Below are positions 1-14,136 of a DNA stretch of 64,000 nt, piece by piece. The DNA comes from the human T2T-CHM13v2.0 reference genome, Homo sapiens. Numbering within the stretch: the stretch's first letter is position 1; each line of letters starts with the position of its first letter. The notes beneath the pieces are model-generated. The model saw only the letters and a program-made list of their open reading frames with translations, searched no databases and was not told the origin of the DNA. The DNA lies in the NCBI RefSeq assembly GCF_009914755.1, contig NC_060938.1, one strand, 5' to 3'. Position numbers and translations under genes: made by a program.

Positions 1-180
1 AAGCTAAATATTTTAGGCTTGTGTGCCATTAGGCTCTGTTACAACTACTTAATTCTGCTTTTGTAATTCTATAGCACCCATTGATAATACATAAACAAAT
101 GAGCATGAATGTATCTCAGTAAAAATTTGTTCACATAAACAGGCAGTCCACCCATGAAGCTATAGCTTGCTGACCCCTTG
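1..180 (+). mobile_element. MER58A hAT-Charlie MITE, 5' end cut by window edge
   Basis: TAAATATTTTAGGCTT...ACAACTACT...TAGCTTGCTGACCCCT follows the MER58A consensus through its 3' terminal repeat. Confidence 0.75.
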
Positions 181-189
181 TTTAAACAA

Positions 190-1117
<928 letters not shown>

Positions 1118-2300
1118 TTCCTTATTTTCAAGTATGCTATTGCGCTCTATGACTGCCAGATGTAATTCTAAAAATCTGTTTGTTAATTTTATTATTTTAT
1201 TTTTGGAATTTCTTCAGACATTGATGGTCTTGTCCCAGTTATTAACAACATCTACATGTTTAAGAATAAATTTTCTTTTCTATCTACTTCTTATTCCATT
1301 GAAAATTACCTTTCTATCCTCCTACTCTGGAAGTCTTTATGATTCTGTCCTAATCGTTAGTATCCCATTGCTTCTTCAAGAGATGTCTATCAGTAGAATT
1401 TCTCCATTAATATAAGTTCATACTTCTATGAAAACTTTAAATCTCAAGTCTACAGTATTTCTAGTTCTAAAAAATATTTAAATTAGTTCTTTAATTATTT
1501 CCATCTTTATGTTTACTTTCCTTTTTTTTCTAGCATTTTAAACAACTTTACGTCAACAATTCTTTATCTTCACTTTACCTCCCTTTACCTTTCTTCATTT
1601 TATCCTAGCCATTGGATTCAGAGAAAATTATTCAACTTTTAAACTTCAAACTTGCTAGATCTATATTTAACTATGTCTATTGTTCTCTTCAGAACATCTG
1701 TTGAGTTTTTAATCCAAGAGCTATTATCAGTATTTTCTAAAATGCAACCTCTTCTTGCATGTCTCTGAAGATATGAATTACACTTACTGTAATTACATTT
1801 GTTTCTTGTCTTAATTCTGATTCTCTGAAATTACTTATTCTGTTTGCTAAGTTTTGTATCTTCTTTCTTGTTTTTCTTAAAAGTTGGGTGACAATATTTT
1901 ACATGGGTAGTTTTTCTGTTAATCATAGCTTATCTCCAATGATTAGGAAAATAACAACTATGAAGTAGGACAAAGTAACCTGGTTTCTTGTGTTTTAGCA
2001 TTGCTGCTCCCTGTTCCTTCCTGGTTTTGTTAATTACCTGAGACTCTGCCCTGTTGATGTTAGTCAGATTCTAAGACTCACCTTGCCAAGCAAGCACTGC
2101 TTTGTTATTCCAAAGTGAAGTTCATTCTTACTTTGTCTGGAAAGCAGTCTCTGCATCTTTTACCTCATTATTTCCCTCCTTTCATATGTTTCTTCCTTTA
2201 CCAATTTTAATGGAGCTTCCCCTTTTTCGTCTCTAAGATCTCCTCAAAAACAAAACAAAAAAACATTATCAGCATTAACATATACAACAGAGAGCTTCAT

Positions 2301-2655
2301 TGATGTGGTTTGGCTGTGTCCCCACCCAAATCTCATCTTGAATTCCCATACCTTTTGGGAGGAACCTGGTGGGAGGTAATTGAATCATGGAGGTAGGCTT
2401 TTCCTGTGCTGTTTTCCTGATAGTGAGTAAGTCTCATGAGGTCTGATGGTTATTATAAGGGGGAGTTTTCCTGCACAAGCTCTCTTTGCCTGCTGCCATC
2501 CATGTAAGTTATGACTTGCTCCTCTTTGCTTTCCACCATGATTGTGAGGCTTCCCCAGCTACATGAAACTGTAAGTCCAATTAAACCTTTTTTCTTTTGT
2601 CAATTGCCCAGTCTTGGGTATGTCTTTATCAGCAGCATTAAAACAGACTAATACA
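2301..2655 (+). mobile_element. THE1A-type MaLR LTR (5' LTR)
   Basis: TGATGTGGTTTGGCTGTGTCCCCACCCAAATCTCATCTTGAATTCCCA...AAACAGACTAATACA; 355 bp; ATTAAA polyA signal. Confidence 0.9.
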
Positions 2656-3950
2656 GTAAACTGGTATCAGTAGAGTGGGATGCTGCTGAAAAGATACCTG
2701 AAAATGCAGAAGCAATTTTGGAACTGTGTAACAGGCGGGGGTTGGAACAGTTTGAAGGGCTCAGCAGAAGACAGGAAAATGCAGGAAAGTTTGGAACTTC
2801 CTAGAGACGTTTTGAATGGCTTTGACCAAAACGCTGATAATGATGTGAACAATGAGATCCAGGCTGATGTGGTCTCAGATGGAGTTGAGGAACTTGTTAG
2901 AAACTAGAGCAAAGTTGACTCTTGTTATGTTTTAGCAAAGAGACTGACAGCATTTTGCCCATGCCCTAAAGATTAGTGAAACTTAGAACTTGACAGATGA
3001 ATTAGGGTATCTGACAGAAGAAATTTCTAAACAGCAAAGCATTGAAGAAGTGACTTGGGTGCTTTTAAAGGCATTCAGTTTATAAGGCAAGCAGAGCATA
3101 AAAGTTCAGAAAATTTGCAGCCTGACAATGTGATAGAAGAGAAAAACCCATTTTCTGAGGAGAAATTTAAGCTGGCTGCAGAAATTTGCATAAGTAACAA
3201 GGAACTGAATGTCAATCCCCAAGACAATGGTGAAAATGTCTCCTGGGCATGTTAGAAGTCTTCACAGCAGCCCTTCCCATCACAGTCTCAGAGGCCTAGA
3301 GGAAAATGGTTTTGCTGGGCCCAGGGTCCCCATGCTGTGTGCAGTGTAGGGTGTTGGTGCCCTGCATCCCAGCCACTCCAGCTGTGACTAAAAGGGACCA
3401 AAGTACAGCTTGAGCTGTTGCTTCATAGGGTGGAAGCCCCAAGCCTTGGCAGCTTCCATGTGGTGTTGAGCCTGTGGATGCACAGAAATCAAGAATTGAG
3501 GTTTGGGAACATCTGCTTAGATTTCAGAAGATATATGGAAACACCTGGATGCCCATGCAAAAGTTTGCTGCAGGGATGGGGCCCTCATTGACAACCTCTG
3601 CTAGGGCAGTGAGGAAGGGAAATGTTGGGTGGGAGCCCCCACACAGAGTCCCTACTGGGGCACCGCCTGGTGGACCTGTGGGAAGAGGGCCACCATCCTC
3701 CAGACCTCAGAATGTTAGATCCACCAACAACACCATGTGCCTGGGAAAGCCACAGACACTCAACACCAGCCCACAAAAGCAGCCAGAAGGCAGGCTATAT
3801 CCCGCAAAGCCACAGGGGCAGAGCTGCCCAATACCATGGGAACCCACCTCTTGCATCTGCATGATCAGGATGTGAGACATGGAGTCAAAGGAGATCATTT
3901 TGGAGCTTTAAGATTTGGCTGCCCCTCTGGATTTCAGATTTGCATGGGGT
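2656..3950 (+). mobile_element. THE1 internal region, 3'-truncated, no 3' LTR
   Basis: GTAAACTGGTATCAGTAGAGTGGG directly follows the LTR; GGAACAGTTTGAAGGGCTCAG, GGAGTCAAAGGAGATCATTTTGGAGCTTTAAGATTTG; stops abruptly at about 3950. Confidence 0.9.
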
Positions 3951-4406
3951 CAAGAAATGAAAAGCATAAAAATTGAAAAGTGAAAAGAAAAAAAATTTTT
4001 ATTCACAGAACTTATGTATGTATATTGTGTATGAAGAAAATCCTAATACATTTATTTAAAAAGCTGTGAATAATAAGAATCAAATTCAATAATGGTGCAG
4101 AATGTGTAGAATGCAAGGTCAATACATAAAATACAATATGTAAAATTAATGGAATTTCTAAATACTAGAAATAAACAATTGAGAATACATTTAAAAGTAA
4201 AATTTTAATGGTATAAAAATAGTTAAGAATAATTTAAGTGAAACCTTTAAAAATCTTTCACACTAAAACTTTTTAAAATTTCTTGTAGAGAAACATTACA
4301 GAAGACCTAAATAAATGTAAAGAACTACCATATTCATAGATTTGAAGATGCAACATTGTTTGATGTGAATTCTCTGGAAGTTAATCTTTAGAATCAATGC
4401 AGTAGG

Positions 4407-4710
<304 letters not shown>

Positions 4711-5630
4711 TCAATGCAATCTATAGTTTGTAATTTATTGACTACAATGAATTCTATATCTATTTACTACAACTCTGTAGTAAATTGTGGCAAACATTTT
4801 GAGAGAAATTCACAAGCTGTTTCCAAAATTTGTTTGGAAAATTCATAGGACCTAGAATTTTGAGAAAAAAATAGAGCCAATTTTCAGACATCTAAGAAAG
4901 CTGCAGTATCAAAGCATCATAACACAAAAATAATAAGGATAAAGATGGGTTCAAAATTAGACCTCCACCTATGCAGTAAATTAAATGTTTATAAGGGCAT
5001 GTAGATAATTCAGTGGGGAAAGTAAGTCTTTAACAAAGGCTTTTGAAATAAATGCATTCTCATATTAAAAAAATACATGCATCAGTCCTTTGTATACACA
5101 AAACTAATCCGATATTTTTAATGTAGGCATAAAAATGAAAAAGCAAAATTCAGAAAGCTTTTAAAAGAAAAAAATTAAACAATATCTGTGAGCTATTATA
5201 ATAGGAAAAATATTTCTGAACAGAGAAAGCACTATCATAAGAGTAAAAATTGATAAATTGTAGATATTAATTAAAAATGTATCCTAATAAAACTGCAAAA
5301 TGTAAGAAAATATAATTTTAAGCCATAGACTGTGATAAATTATTCCATATATGTATGAGAAAAAAATTGCGTGTTCAAAACGCACAGAGTACTCCTGAGA
5401 TCCACTAAATAGTTATAAGAATCTTGAACAGGTATTTCACAAAACAAGAGATACAAGTGGCTTATAGGAATGTGAAAAGATGCTCAATATTATTAGATAA
5501 GGGGAAATGCAACCAAAATGCATTGAAACTGGAAAGACTACCATTTAAAATGATAATACTAATATTGGCAAATATGTGGGGAAACTAGAAGTCATGTCTA
5601 TTTCTTGTGAGAGTGTAAAATAGAACAACC

Positions 5631-5943
5631 GGCTGGGCGCGGTGGCTCATGCCTGTAATCACAGCACTTTGGGGGGCCGAGGCGGGTGGATCACGGGGTC
5701 ATGAGATCGAGACTATCCTGGCTAACATGGTGAAACCCCGTCTCTACTAAAAATACAAAAAAAAAAAAAAATTAGACGGGTGTGGTGGCGGGCGCCTGTA
5801 GTCCCAACTAATCAGGAAGCTGAGGCAGGAGAATGGCGTGAACCTGAGAAGTGGAGCTTGCGGTGAGCCCAGATCACGCCAGTGCACTCCAGCCCGGGCG
5901 ACAGCGCGAGACTGTGTCTCAAAAAAAAAAAAAAAAAAAAAAA
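5631..5943 (+). mobile_element. AluY
   Basis: AluY diagnostics GAATGGCGTGAACC and GAGCTTGC; A23 tail; TSD core GAACAACC. Confidence 0.95.
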
Positions 5944-6366
5944 GCGGAACAACCGCTTTGAAAAATAATTCGCTTCTAAATAAGGCCAACATATATCTAC
6001 CCTATAGCACAGCAATTTCAATTCTAGAAATTTATCCAACAAAAATAAAAGCATATATTTACACAAAAACCTGTTTGAGAATGCACCTAAGTCCTTTATT
6101 TGTAAAAGCTAATTCTGAAAGCAATCTGAATATTCACTAACAGACTAATGAATAAGCAAACTCTGACAAATACATAGGCAACTCAGAAATATGAGGAAAA
6201 ATAAACAAATGATACACACAAATATTTGGCTAAATCTCAAATATTTATTTATGCTAAAGAAAATAAACCAGATACACACTCACACACACATCCTGTAGGA
6301 ATTCTAATTATTGGAATTTGAAGATGAACAAAATTAATCAATCATGATAGAAATTATAAGGGTTTA

Positions 6367-6502
6367 ATCCGAGTTATTTGGGATGCTGAAGCCGGAGAAT
6401 CGCTTGAACCCGGGAGGCGGAGGTTGCAGTGACCTCACATTGTACCACTGCACTCTAGCCTGGGTAACAGAGTAAGACTACGTCTTAAAACAAACAAACC
6501 AA
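6367..6502 (+). mobile_element. 5'-truncated Alu (right arm only)
   Basis: GGAGAATCGCTTGAACCCGGGAGGCGGAGGTTGCAGTG; TSD AGAAATTATAagGGTTT / AGAAATTATAcaGGTTT. Confidence 0.9.
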
Positions 6503-6766
6503 AGAAATTATACAGGTTTGCCTCTGAAGAAGAGAAGAGAAGTTTGAATAAGCACAATAGTATTTTCTAGATTTAGTGTAATTAGGTAAATATATCAATT
6601 TATAAAAAGTACGAAACCACATTTTTGACACGTTTATTATATTTAAAATATAGCGCAATAAAATAAGGTTAGGAAATGATTGCATATTACTCTCTGAGAG
6701 GAAGAATGTTATCTGTTGGTAGAATTAATAAAGTTACTCATTTCTTATAAGAAGTAAAGATATATT

Positions 6767-7060
6767 GGCCGGGTGCGGTGGCTCGCGCCTATAATCCCAG
6801 CACTTTGGGAGGCTGAGGCAGGCGGATCACAATGTCAGGAGATTGAGACCATCCTGGCTAACACGGTGAAACCCCATCGCTACTAAAAATACAAAAAATA
6901 AGACGGGCGTGGTGGCGGGCACCTGTAGTCCCAGCTATTCAGGAGGCTGAGGTAGGAGGATAGCGTGAACTTGGGAGGCGGAGTTGCAGTGAGCCGAGAT
7001 CATGTCACTGCACTCCAACCTGGGCTGCAGAGTGAGACTCTGTCTCAAAAAAAAAGAAAA
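6767..7060 (+). mobile_element. AluY-like
   Basis: CCATCCTGGCTAACACGGTGAAACCCC; perfect 17-bp TSD AAGAAGTAAAGATATAT (6749-6765, 7061-7077). Confidence 0.95.
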
Positions 7061-7911
7061 AAGAAGTAAAGATATATCTATTAACCTGTATAGGTATATA
7101 TAAGCTAAAAACAACCATTCAACTTTTGTGGGCATACTAGTCTGTGTCAGGCATTTTTGTATAAATCATAAACATTTATTCTCATTCAAATAATAAATAT
7201 ATTATCTCACGGTTATAAAGGTATAATAAGTACAATTTTAAAAAATAGACAAACTTTTCTGAATATTTCCAGTACAGTGGTATATCATTTTTTTCCAATA
7301 GAATAAATAGAAAAATACTCAATCTCTGGGTAATATTTTGCAGAAAATGAATTAGTTACACTTATTCAAGTTGAATTATTCTAGTTCCTCAATTTTATAT
7401 TCCAAAAAATATATGCTGACTATATTTTTAATGCTTTTTTATTAGAGAAGTTTGTTTATTGATATGTACATCACTTTTACTGATTCAGTTTTGAGCAAGG
7501 TGTGACTCTTTATTCAATTTTCCAAAGAGTTCCAAACCAAAACTTGTGGATTTCCAGTTGATCTGTATATCACCTTGCCACCTCTGGCTTTTTTCTCTCT
7601 AATACAGGTATAAGAATGACATTTAACAATAAATGATTTGTGAAGCCAGTTGAAAAATGTTCATGCTATATTAATCAACTTGATAAAATGCATTAAATTT
7701 ATGAGTTTCTACACGTTTGTTAGTGCCTGGAATCTATAGGTAGAGACACCCATAAAAAAGTCTTATAATATAAGCTATATAACTTAGTGAAAAATCAATA
7801 AGGCATACTAATGTTTGCATAGGATGACAACCTGGTCATGTTAATTTTTCTGAGAAAATAATCTCAAATGAAAAATCACTTCCCTAAAGCATTATTTGTT
7901 TTTATATCAGA

Positions 7912-8090
7912 TTTATTTTAGTTCAACCAACATTTATTGCATGCTCTAAGTATTAGATATTGTGATTGGTCCTGGGAATGCTAAGATAAAAATTTCTCCT
8001 TTTCTAACCTTGAATTCACAGAGAGGTAGAAGCAAGAGAAGCATAAACATATAATTTCAATGCAATATGGTAAGTAAAATGATAGTGGTA
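7912..8090 (-). mobile_element. L2 3' end fragment
   Basis: TTCAACCAACATTTATTG...CTGGGAATGCTAAGATAAA matches the antisense L2 3' end. Confidence 0.6.
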
Positions 8091-8309
8091 TTTTTTTCTG
8101 AATTTTCAGATATCAATTATTTATTTATAAACCGTTCTTTAGAGGGTGATTTATTTTCTCTATAGACATCAACAAGATACACTTGCCTTGTATGGCAAAA
8201 ATAAATTAATTTTAGCTTTGTGCAGATACATCCTATTGAGTTACAAAGTGATGCTATCAAACACCACTGACAACAACAAATTCAGGATTTATGGCTCTCT
8301 TTGTCTCTG

Positions 8310-8408
8310 TTTCTCTCTCCTTCTCTCTCTCTCTCTCTCTGTGTGTATATATATACATATATGTATATTATACATATATAGTTTAGGATGCATGTGTATT
8401 TATATATA
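8310..8408. repeat. (CT)n/(TA)n low-complexity repeat
   Basis: CTCTCTCT run followed by TATA/TACA run. Confidence 0.85.
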
Positions 8409-8831
8409 ATTTTATTTTTTAGAACAAAATTAAAAATAAAGTGTCTTTAAATGAAAGTGTGTTTGTAACACAATCTTATGACATCAGCATTAAAAAGGCT
8501 ATTCAGAACACTTCCTCAAATTGAAACTATTACCAATACTGAGTTAAATATTTTAGGACTACTTCATTATCTAGGAAATTTGAGAAGCAAATTAACTCTT
8601 TGCTCAGAGTATTGTGATACCATATCTTTTCTTGTAAAATAAGATATTGTTTAATTATAAAATATTGTCAAATTTCTGAAAAAGTGTTTATATAAGTGTT
8701 AGGAATATGTTTAGCCCTGGGAGCCATGTGTTACTTATCATTGTACAGATCTTGCTGACACAACTGGGTATGGTAGAAGGCCTGATAGGATTAACTGCAA
8801 GTAAAGCAGAAATTATTAAAAACAATATTGA

Positions 8832-9143
8832 GGCCAGGCAAGGTGGCTCATGCCTGTAATTCCAGCACTTTGGGAGGTCGAGGCAGGTGGATCACGAGGT
8901 CAGGCCTTCAAGACTAGCCTGACCAAGATAGTGAAACCCCGTCTTTACTAAAAATACAAAATTAGGTGGGCATGGTGGTGGGTTCCTGTAATCCCAGGCT
9001 GAGGAAGATAATTGCTTGAACCCAGAAGGTGGAGGTGGAGGTTGCAGTGAGTCGAGATCACACCACTGCACTCTAGCCTGGGTGACATAGTAAGACAACG
9101 TCTCAAAAACAAAAACAAAAACAAAACAAACAAACAAACAAAA
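8832..9143 (+). mobile_element. AluS with (A3-5C)n microsatellite tail
   Basis: Dimeric Alu; tail AAAAACAAAAAC...CAAACAAA. Confidence 0.95.
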
Positions 9144-10304
9144 ATTAAATTAACTGGATGTTAAATGTGGTTTCTTTACATTTACCAGAATTTCAGCCAA
9201 GGTCCTAATGGCCCCAAATAATAGGTGCTACATTATCAAGCAGATATATCAAGAGATTGTGATAATGTTAATGAAACCCCTTTGCTCATCACTCATTTCC
9301 AAAATTTATATTTTCAAAGGGAATTTTGTACAGAGTTCCTAAAAAAAGGGATCATGATGCCAGTGTATTGCCTCACTGATTGCTAAATGAAGAGGACTAT
9401 AATGAAGCATTCAAAGAACGTGATGTGCCTCTGGGGCAACTGAAGGATTGCTATCTGACTTATGCATTTAAAACCTTCGAAGTGGAAGTTTGTCTGGAAT
9501 GGTTTAGGCAAACAGACTAGGTTGGATTGAGAATTGAATGTATACATAAAATTTGGTTTGGTCAGATGAGAACATCAAATGTGGTAGCTAGATCACCGTT
9601 ATTTATGAGCTTTTTATTGGGTTGATTTGTCTTGAAAGAATCAAATCTAAGAGAAATGCTTGGAATGGCTAGATGATCCTAACAGAAGAAATCTTACTGG
9701 TCTTTACTGCTAAACCTAAGGAGATGAGAGTAAACATTAAGTGGCCAACTCAAAGAAGCATGGACTATGTTGAAACATGGACTATAGCTGCAATTTCCCA
9801 GTGGTGCAGTTTTCAAGCATTTTACCCCAGGAAAGAAAAAAATAAATAAATGAAAAGTAGCCATTTCACCATTCAGAGGATAGATACTGTTGCCCAGTGA
9901 AAACTACATGAATTATGTAATAGTTTTATGCTTGTTTCCCCCACTCACCATTCCAAAACTGTAAGACTTCAAGATAGAACAGGAGGTATGAAATTTTAAC
10001 AGCACATAAAAAAATAGTGAACATTCTATCCCCGCACTTCATTGCCATTACTAAGGCTAAGGCAGGACTGAGTTTAGAATGCAGCAAAGCTTTGAAATGT
10101 ATGAGATAATATCTCTAATATTCAAATGCACCATAAACTCAAAACTTAGAATCAATCCTATTTTTAAAATACTGAATGTGACAAGAAACGTTATAAAATT
10201 TTCAAGATATCAGTATATGATAGAAAGAGATGTATTGCTTTAGCACAAATCATTCTACAAAAAAAAATTCTTCTAAAATGAATTACTTATCCATATCCTA
10301 CAAA

Positions 10305-10631
10305 TTTTCTTTTTTCTTTTTCTTTTTCTTTCTTTTTTTTTTTTTTTGAGACAGAGTTTCACTCTTGTTGCCCAGGCTGTAGTGCAGTGGCTTGATCTCA
10401 GCTTACTGCAAACTCTGCCTCCCGGGTTCAAGCAATTCTCTTGCTTCGGCCTCCCAAGTAGCTGGGATTACAGGTGCCAGCCACCACGCCCAGCTATTTT
10501 TTTGTATTTTTAGTAGAGATGGGGTTTCACCGTGTTGGCCAGGCTGGTCTTGGATGCCTGACTTCAGCTGATCCACCGGCCTTGGCCTCCTGAAATGCTG
10601 GGATTGCAGGCATGAGTTGCCGTGCCCAGCC
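10305..10631 (-). mobile_element. AluSp/Sq
   Basis: Poly-T then GAGTTTCACTCTTGTTGCCCAGGCT; TSD ACAAATTTTCTTTT at both ends. Confidence 0.95.
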
Positions 10632-11207
10632 ACAAATTTTCTTTTACCTTGGAAAACATATATGCAAATATACTTGTCAACTATCCGACAAAGGTCTTCG
10701 GTATGTATGTATGGATTCATTGAACATTCTTTTTTTTTACATAATGCATATTTTATGATTTTTAGCTTTGGTTTTTTGAAATGAACCAATAAATTGAAGA
10801 GACACAAGAAGTAATATGTGTGTAAATACCAGCACGCTTAGCCCCTCAAATAAACCTCTTACAGGTGTCTGACTCCTAAATCCAATTTGACATTTTTTCA
10901 GAACTTGTCTTTATCAATTATTTACATTCTGCTTCATTTTCTGATTTGTTTTTTTACTTTCACACTCACTTATCATTGTTTTACACAATAGTTGTTTACT
11001 ACAGTAACAATTATATCTGACATAAATATACTGAGGAACAAAACAACCATCTTATGGCATACAAATTAGCAGTGGGAGAAGGCTAACCCCAAACATATGC
11101 CAAGCCAGGGGCCAGGAAATCCAGGGATGTGGTTAGGCAGAAACTGGGAAGACACTTTATAGCGATTCCTATCTTTGTTACAGACATGAAGGAGATAAAT
11201 TATAATA

Positions 11208-11730
11208 TGTAAAAACGGCCCTCCCAGTCCTAAAGAGATTAACTAAAAGTCTAGTACCTTTTAAAGATCTGAATAGGAAACAGTTGTCATTTATTGTCTC
11301 TAACGGCAGCCACTGTTATGACTTCAAAAGAACCTTGGTCTCCACAATCTTTTATCTTAACCTGAACATTCCCTTTCTATCAATCCCAGTTCTTGAAACA
11401 AACTCAACCAATTATCAACCAGAAAATGTTTAAATTCACCTATAGCCTGGAACCAACCCCCAAACCCCAATACCCTCCCATCCCCCAACCCCCCTGCCAC
11501 CCCCAACCCCTCCCACCCCCACTCCCTCTGCTTTGAGTTGTCCCACCTTTCTGGATCAAACTGATGTATTTCTCAAGTGTAGTTAATTGATGTCTCATGC
11601 CTCTCTAAAATGTATAAAAACAAGCTGCCTCCCAACCACCTTGGGCACATGTTCTCAGGACCTCCTGAATGCTGTGTCACTGGCCATGGTGACTCATATT
11701 TGGCTTAGAGTAAATCTCTTCAAATATATT
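11208..11730 (+). mobile_element. MER4-family ERV1 LTR, 3' end missing
   Basis: AAAATGTATAAAAACAAGCTG..ACCACCTTGGGCACATGTTCTCAGGACCTCCTG..CTCATATTTGGCT is the MER4 LTR signature. Confidence 0.8.
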
Positions 11731-12212
11731 TTTTTAAAGAAGAAAGAAAAAGGAAAAACAAATGCTTTTGCAGAAGCCAAGAAGAAAGTGAAGGGAAATA
11801 AATGAGAGTGGAAAAATGAGAGATCAATTGTGGTGAGACATGCTTTTTTTGGCAATTAATTGCAGCAAGTGCCCAAAATGCCAATTATAACATAGTTTGC
11901 TATCTACCATTGCTTTATTTAACTGAAGTATTCAACCATAGATATAGAAAAAAGACTGACCTAGTTTAGAAAAGTTCTATCCTGATACATTTAAGCACTA
12001 GAGAGTATACACAAATAAAAACACAAACTTAACTTTTCTTAAAAAATTTTACTGAGTCAAATATTAAAAGAGATCACTTGTTTGTAAAGCATCTCATGAA
12101 GTTGATTTTTGATTTTTCAGTCCTTCAGTAATTAATAATCTTTATTTTGACATTGATGGTTATCTGATGGAAGAATAACTGCAAGATATTAATAATAGAA
12201 ATCATTTGCATC

Positions 12213-12470
12213 AGCCGGGTACAGTGGCTCACTCCTGTAATCCCAGAACACTGGGAGGCCAAGGTGGGCAGATCACTTCAGCCCACGAGTTGGAGACCAG
12301 CCTGGGCAATGTGGCAAAATCTTGTTTCTACTAAAGATACAAAAATTAGCTGGGCATGGCGGCATGTGCCTGTAGTCCCAGCTACTCAGGAGGCTGAGAT
12401 GGGAGGATTGCATGAGCACACTGCACTTCAGCCTGGGCAACATAGTAAGATCCTGTCACACACAAAAAAA
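12213..12470 (+). mobile_element. AluJ with right-arm deletion
   Basis: AluJ-type GATCACTTCAGCCCA, GGGAGGATTG; TSD AAATCATTTGcaTCA / AAATCATTTGtgTCA. Confidence 0.9.
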
Positions 12471-14136
12471 TCATTTGTGTCAAATGATTTTTGTATCAAA
12501 GCTTTCAGAAAAAGGAGTGGAAAGAAAAAAAGCTTTTGTCCATCATTCTTAGATGTCATATTCAATTAAATATTTCTTCAGACTTAATAAAAAAAATTGA
12601 ACAATAATAACAAGTGTGATTTTATTTCCATTAACCTGAAATTTACTGCTATTTCAAATTCTACTCAATTTAGAGTTTTTAAGATTAAAAACAAGAAATA
12701 TTAAATAGAAGTTACAATATTTTTGAAGTAATTGGTGAGAATTTGTTTAATAATGCCTATGTATTTGGTAATTTGATCTTAGTTCTACATATTTCACTAT
12801 CACAAACTCTTCCCTGTCCGTTACCTCAGCTACAAGATTTATCAGACTGTCAATGATAACTATGTCACATATGGTAGTGCCCTTTGCTTTAATGAGGGTG
12901 ATTAGCTAAAATTGATGTTCATTGCCTTAATACAGACATACTATATTTAGATATATTTAACTCTATTACACATACTGCAAACACATACTCTTTTGTCTTC
13001 TACACTATTATATATTTTACTTGTTATAGTAGATATTTATTTTCAATGGATAACTAAGTATAATAAAATAGATAGCAGAGGAATTAATTATCTCATATGG
13101 ATATCATTTCACCTGATCTTGATGAACAAGGAAATGGGTGATTTACCCAGGAATAAATATAAAGTTCTGTATGGTTTGGAAAGCACAAATGGTCACCTAA
13201 TTTTGAAACACTTTAGGTAAATTCCCATTCAGAAAAACATTTATCACTTATATAACTAATGAAATGCTTAGGGGAAAGTGTTTTGGCTGAAAAAGAACCA
13301 TACTTTGCTTTTACAGACTATTTTTATATTTGAATATTTCATAAAAACTATTTCTAAGCCAAGGAAAAAAAAAACTAAATAAAAAGGCAAAGATCTATTT
13401 TTGAAAGTGAAATATTTACGTATAACCGTAGTTAGAAAAGAAGTGGAAATCAATATGAAATCAATATGTGATTTCAGATGATTGCGTATTTTATAACTAT
13501 TAGGGATAAAGTGCATTAGAGCTTCCTGTTGCCAGTTGCTGAAAGGCTTTGATTCAGAGGTGGCATCTGTACAAAAAGATACTGCCATTTTTATGGTAAA
13601 TGCTTTTTAAATTGAACTAGAAAGTAAATAGTCACACATTTTAAAAAAATATGAATTTTTAAAAGTCTGTGTTTGAACATCAATAAAGAAACCAACGTAA
13701 CTATGAATTAAGAGAAATCTAGAAATACTTTATTTAAACAAAAACATTGCAAACATTTATGTCATAATATTTACTTTCTTAAAATAGAAACAAAAGCAGT
13801 TGGAGATTTAATTCACTATAAGAAAGAAAAGTTTTTGTACATAATGTTTTCTAAGGTAGTAAATGTAAACCTAAGTAACATGGCATGGAATGAAAATAAA
13901 TTACTGAGAATGGCTTTGTATTGATTATGTATGTTCTGAAATGTTTCCTTATTGAAACAAATCTACACAGTGGAGGAAAATATGTACTTAAAACTGGCAT
14001 CTGATGTGATTAGTGTATTACATACATACAAATTTGCAATAGTCTCTGAAGAGAAAATGAGATTTCTACCTTTTCCATTTCCAATTCAGTCCAGTCATTT
14101 TGGTGTATTTCTCTGATAGTGTCTCTATTAAAATGT

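Noticed and set aside
3474-3976. Overlapping ORFs up to 133 aa in GC-richer sequence
   Set aside because: All lie within the decayed THE1 internal region; not host genes.
5747-6140. Alu-overlapping ORFs here and at 8892, 10403, 12264, 37591, 51875, 60262 and 60565
   Set aside because: Typical Alu translations (e.g. [14 protein letters not shown]); artefacts.
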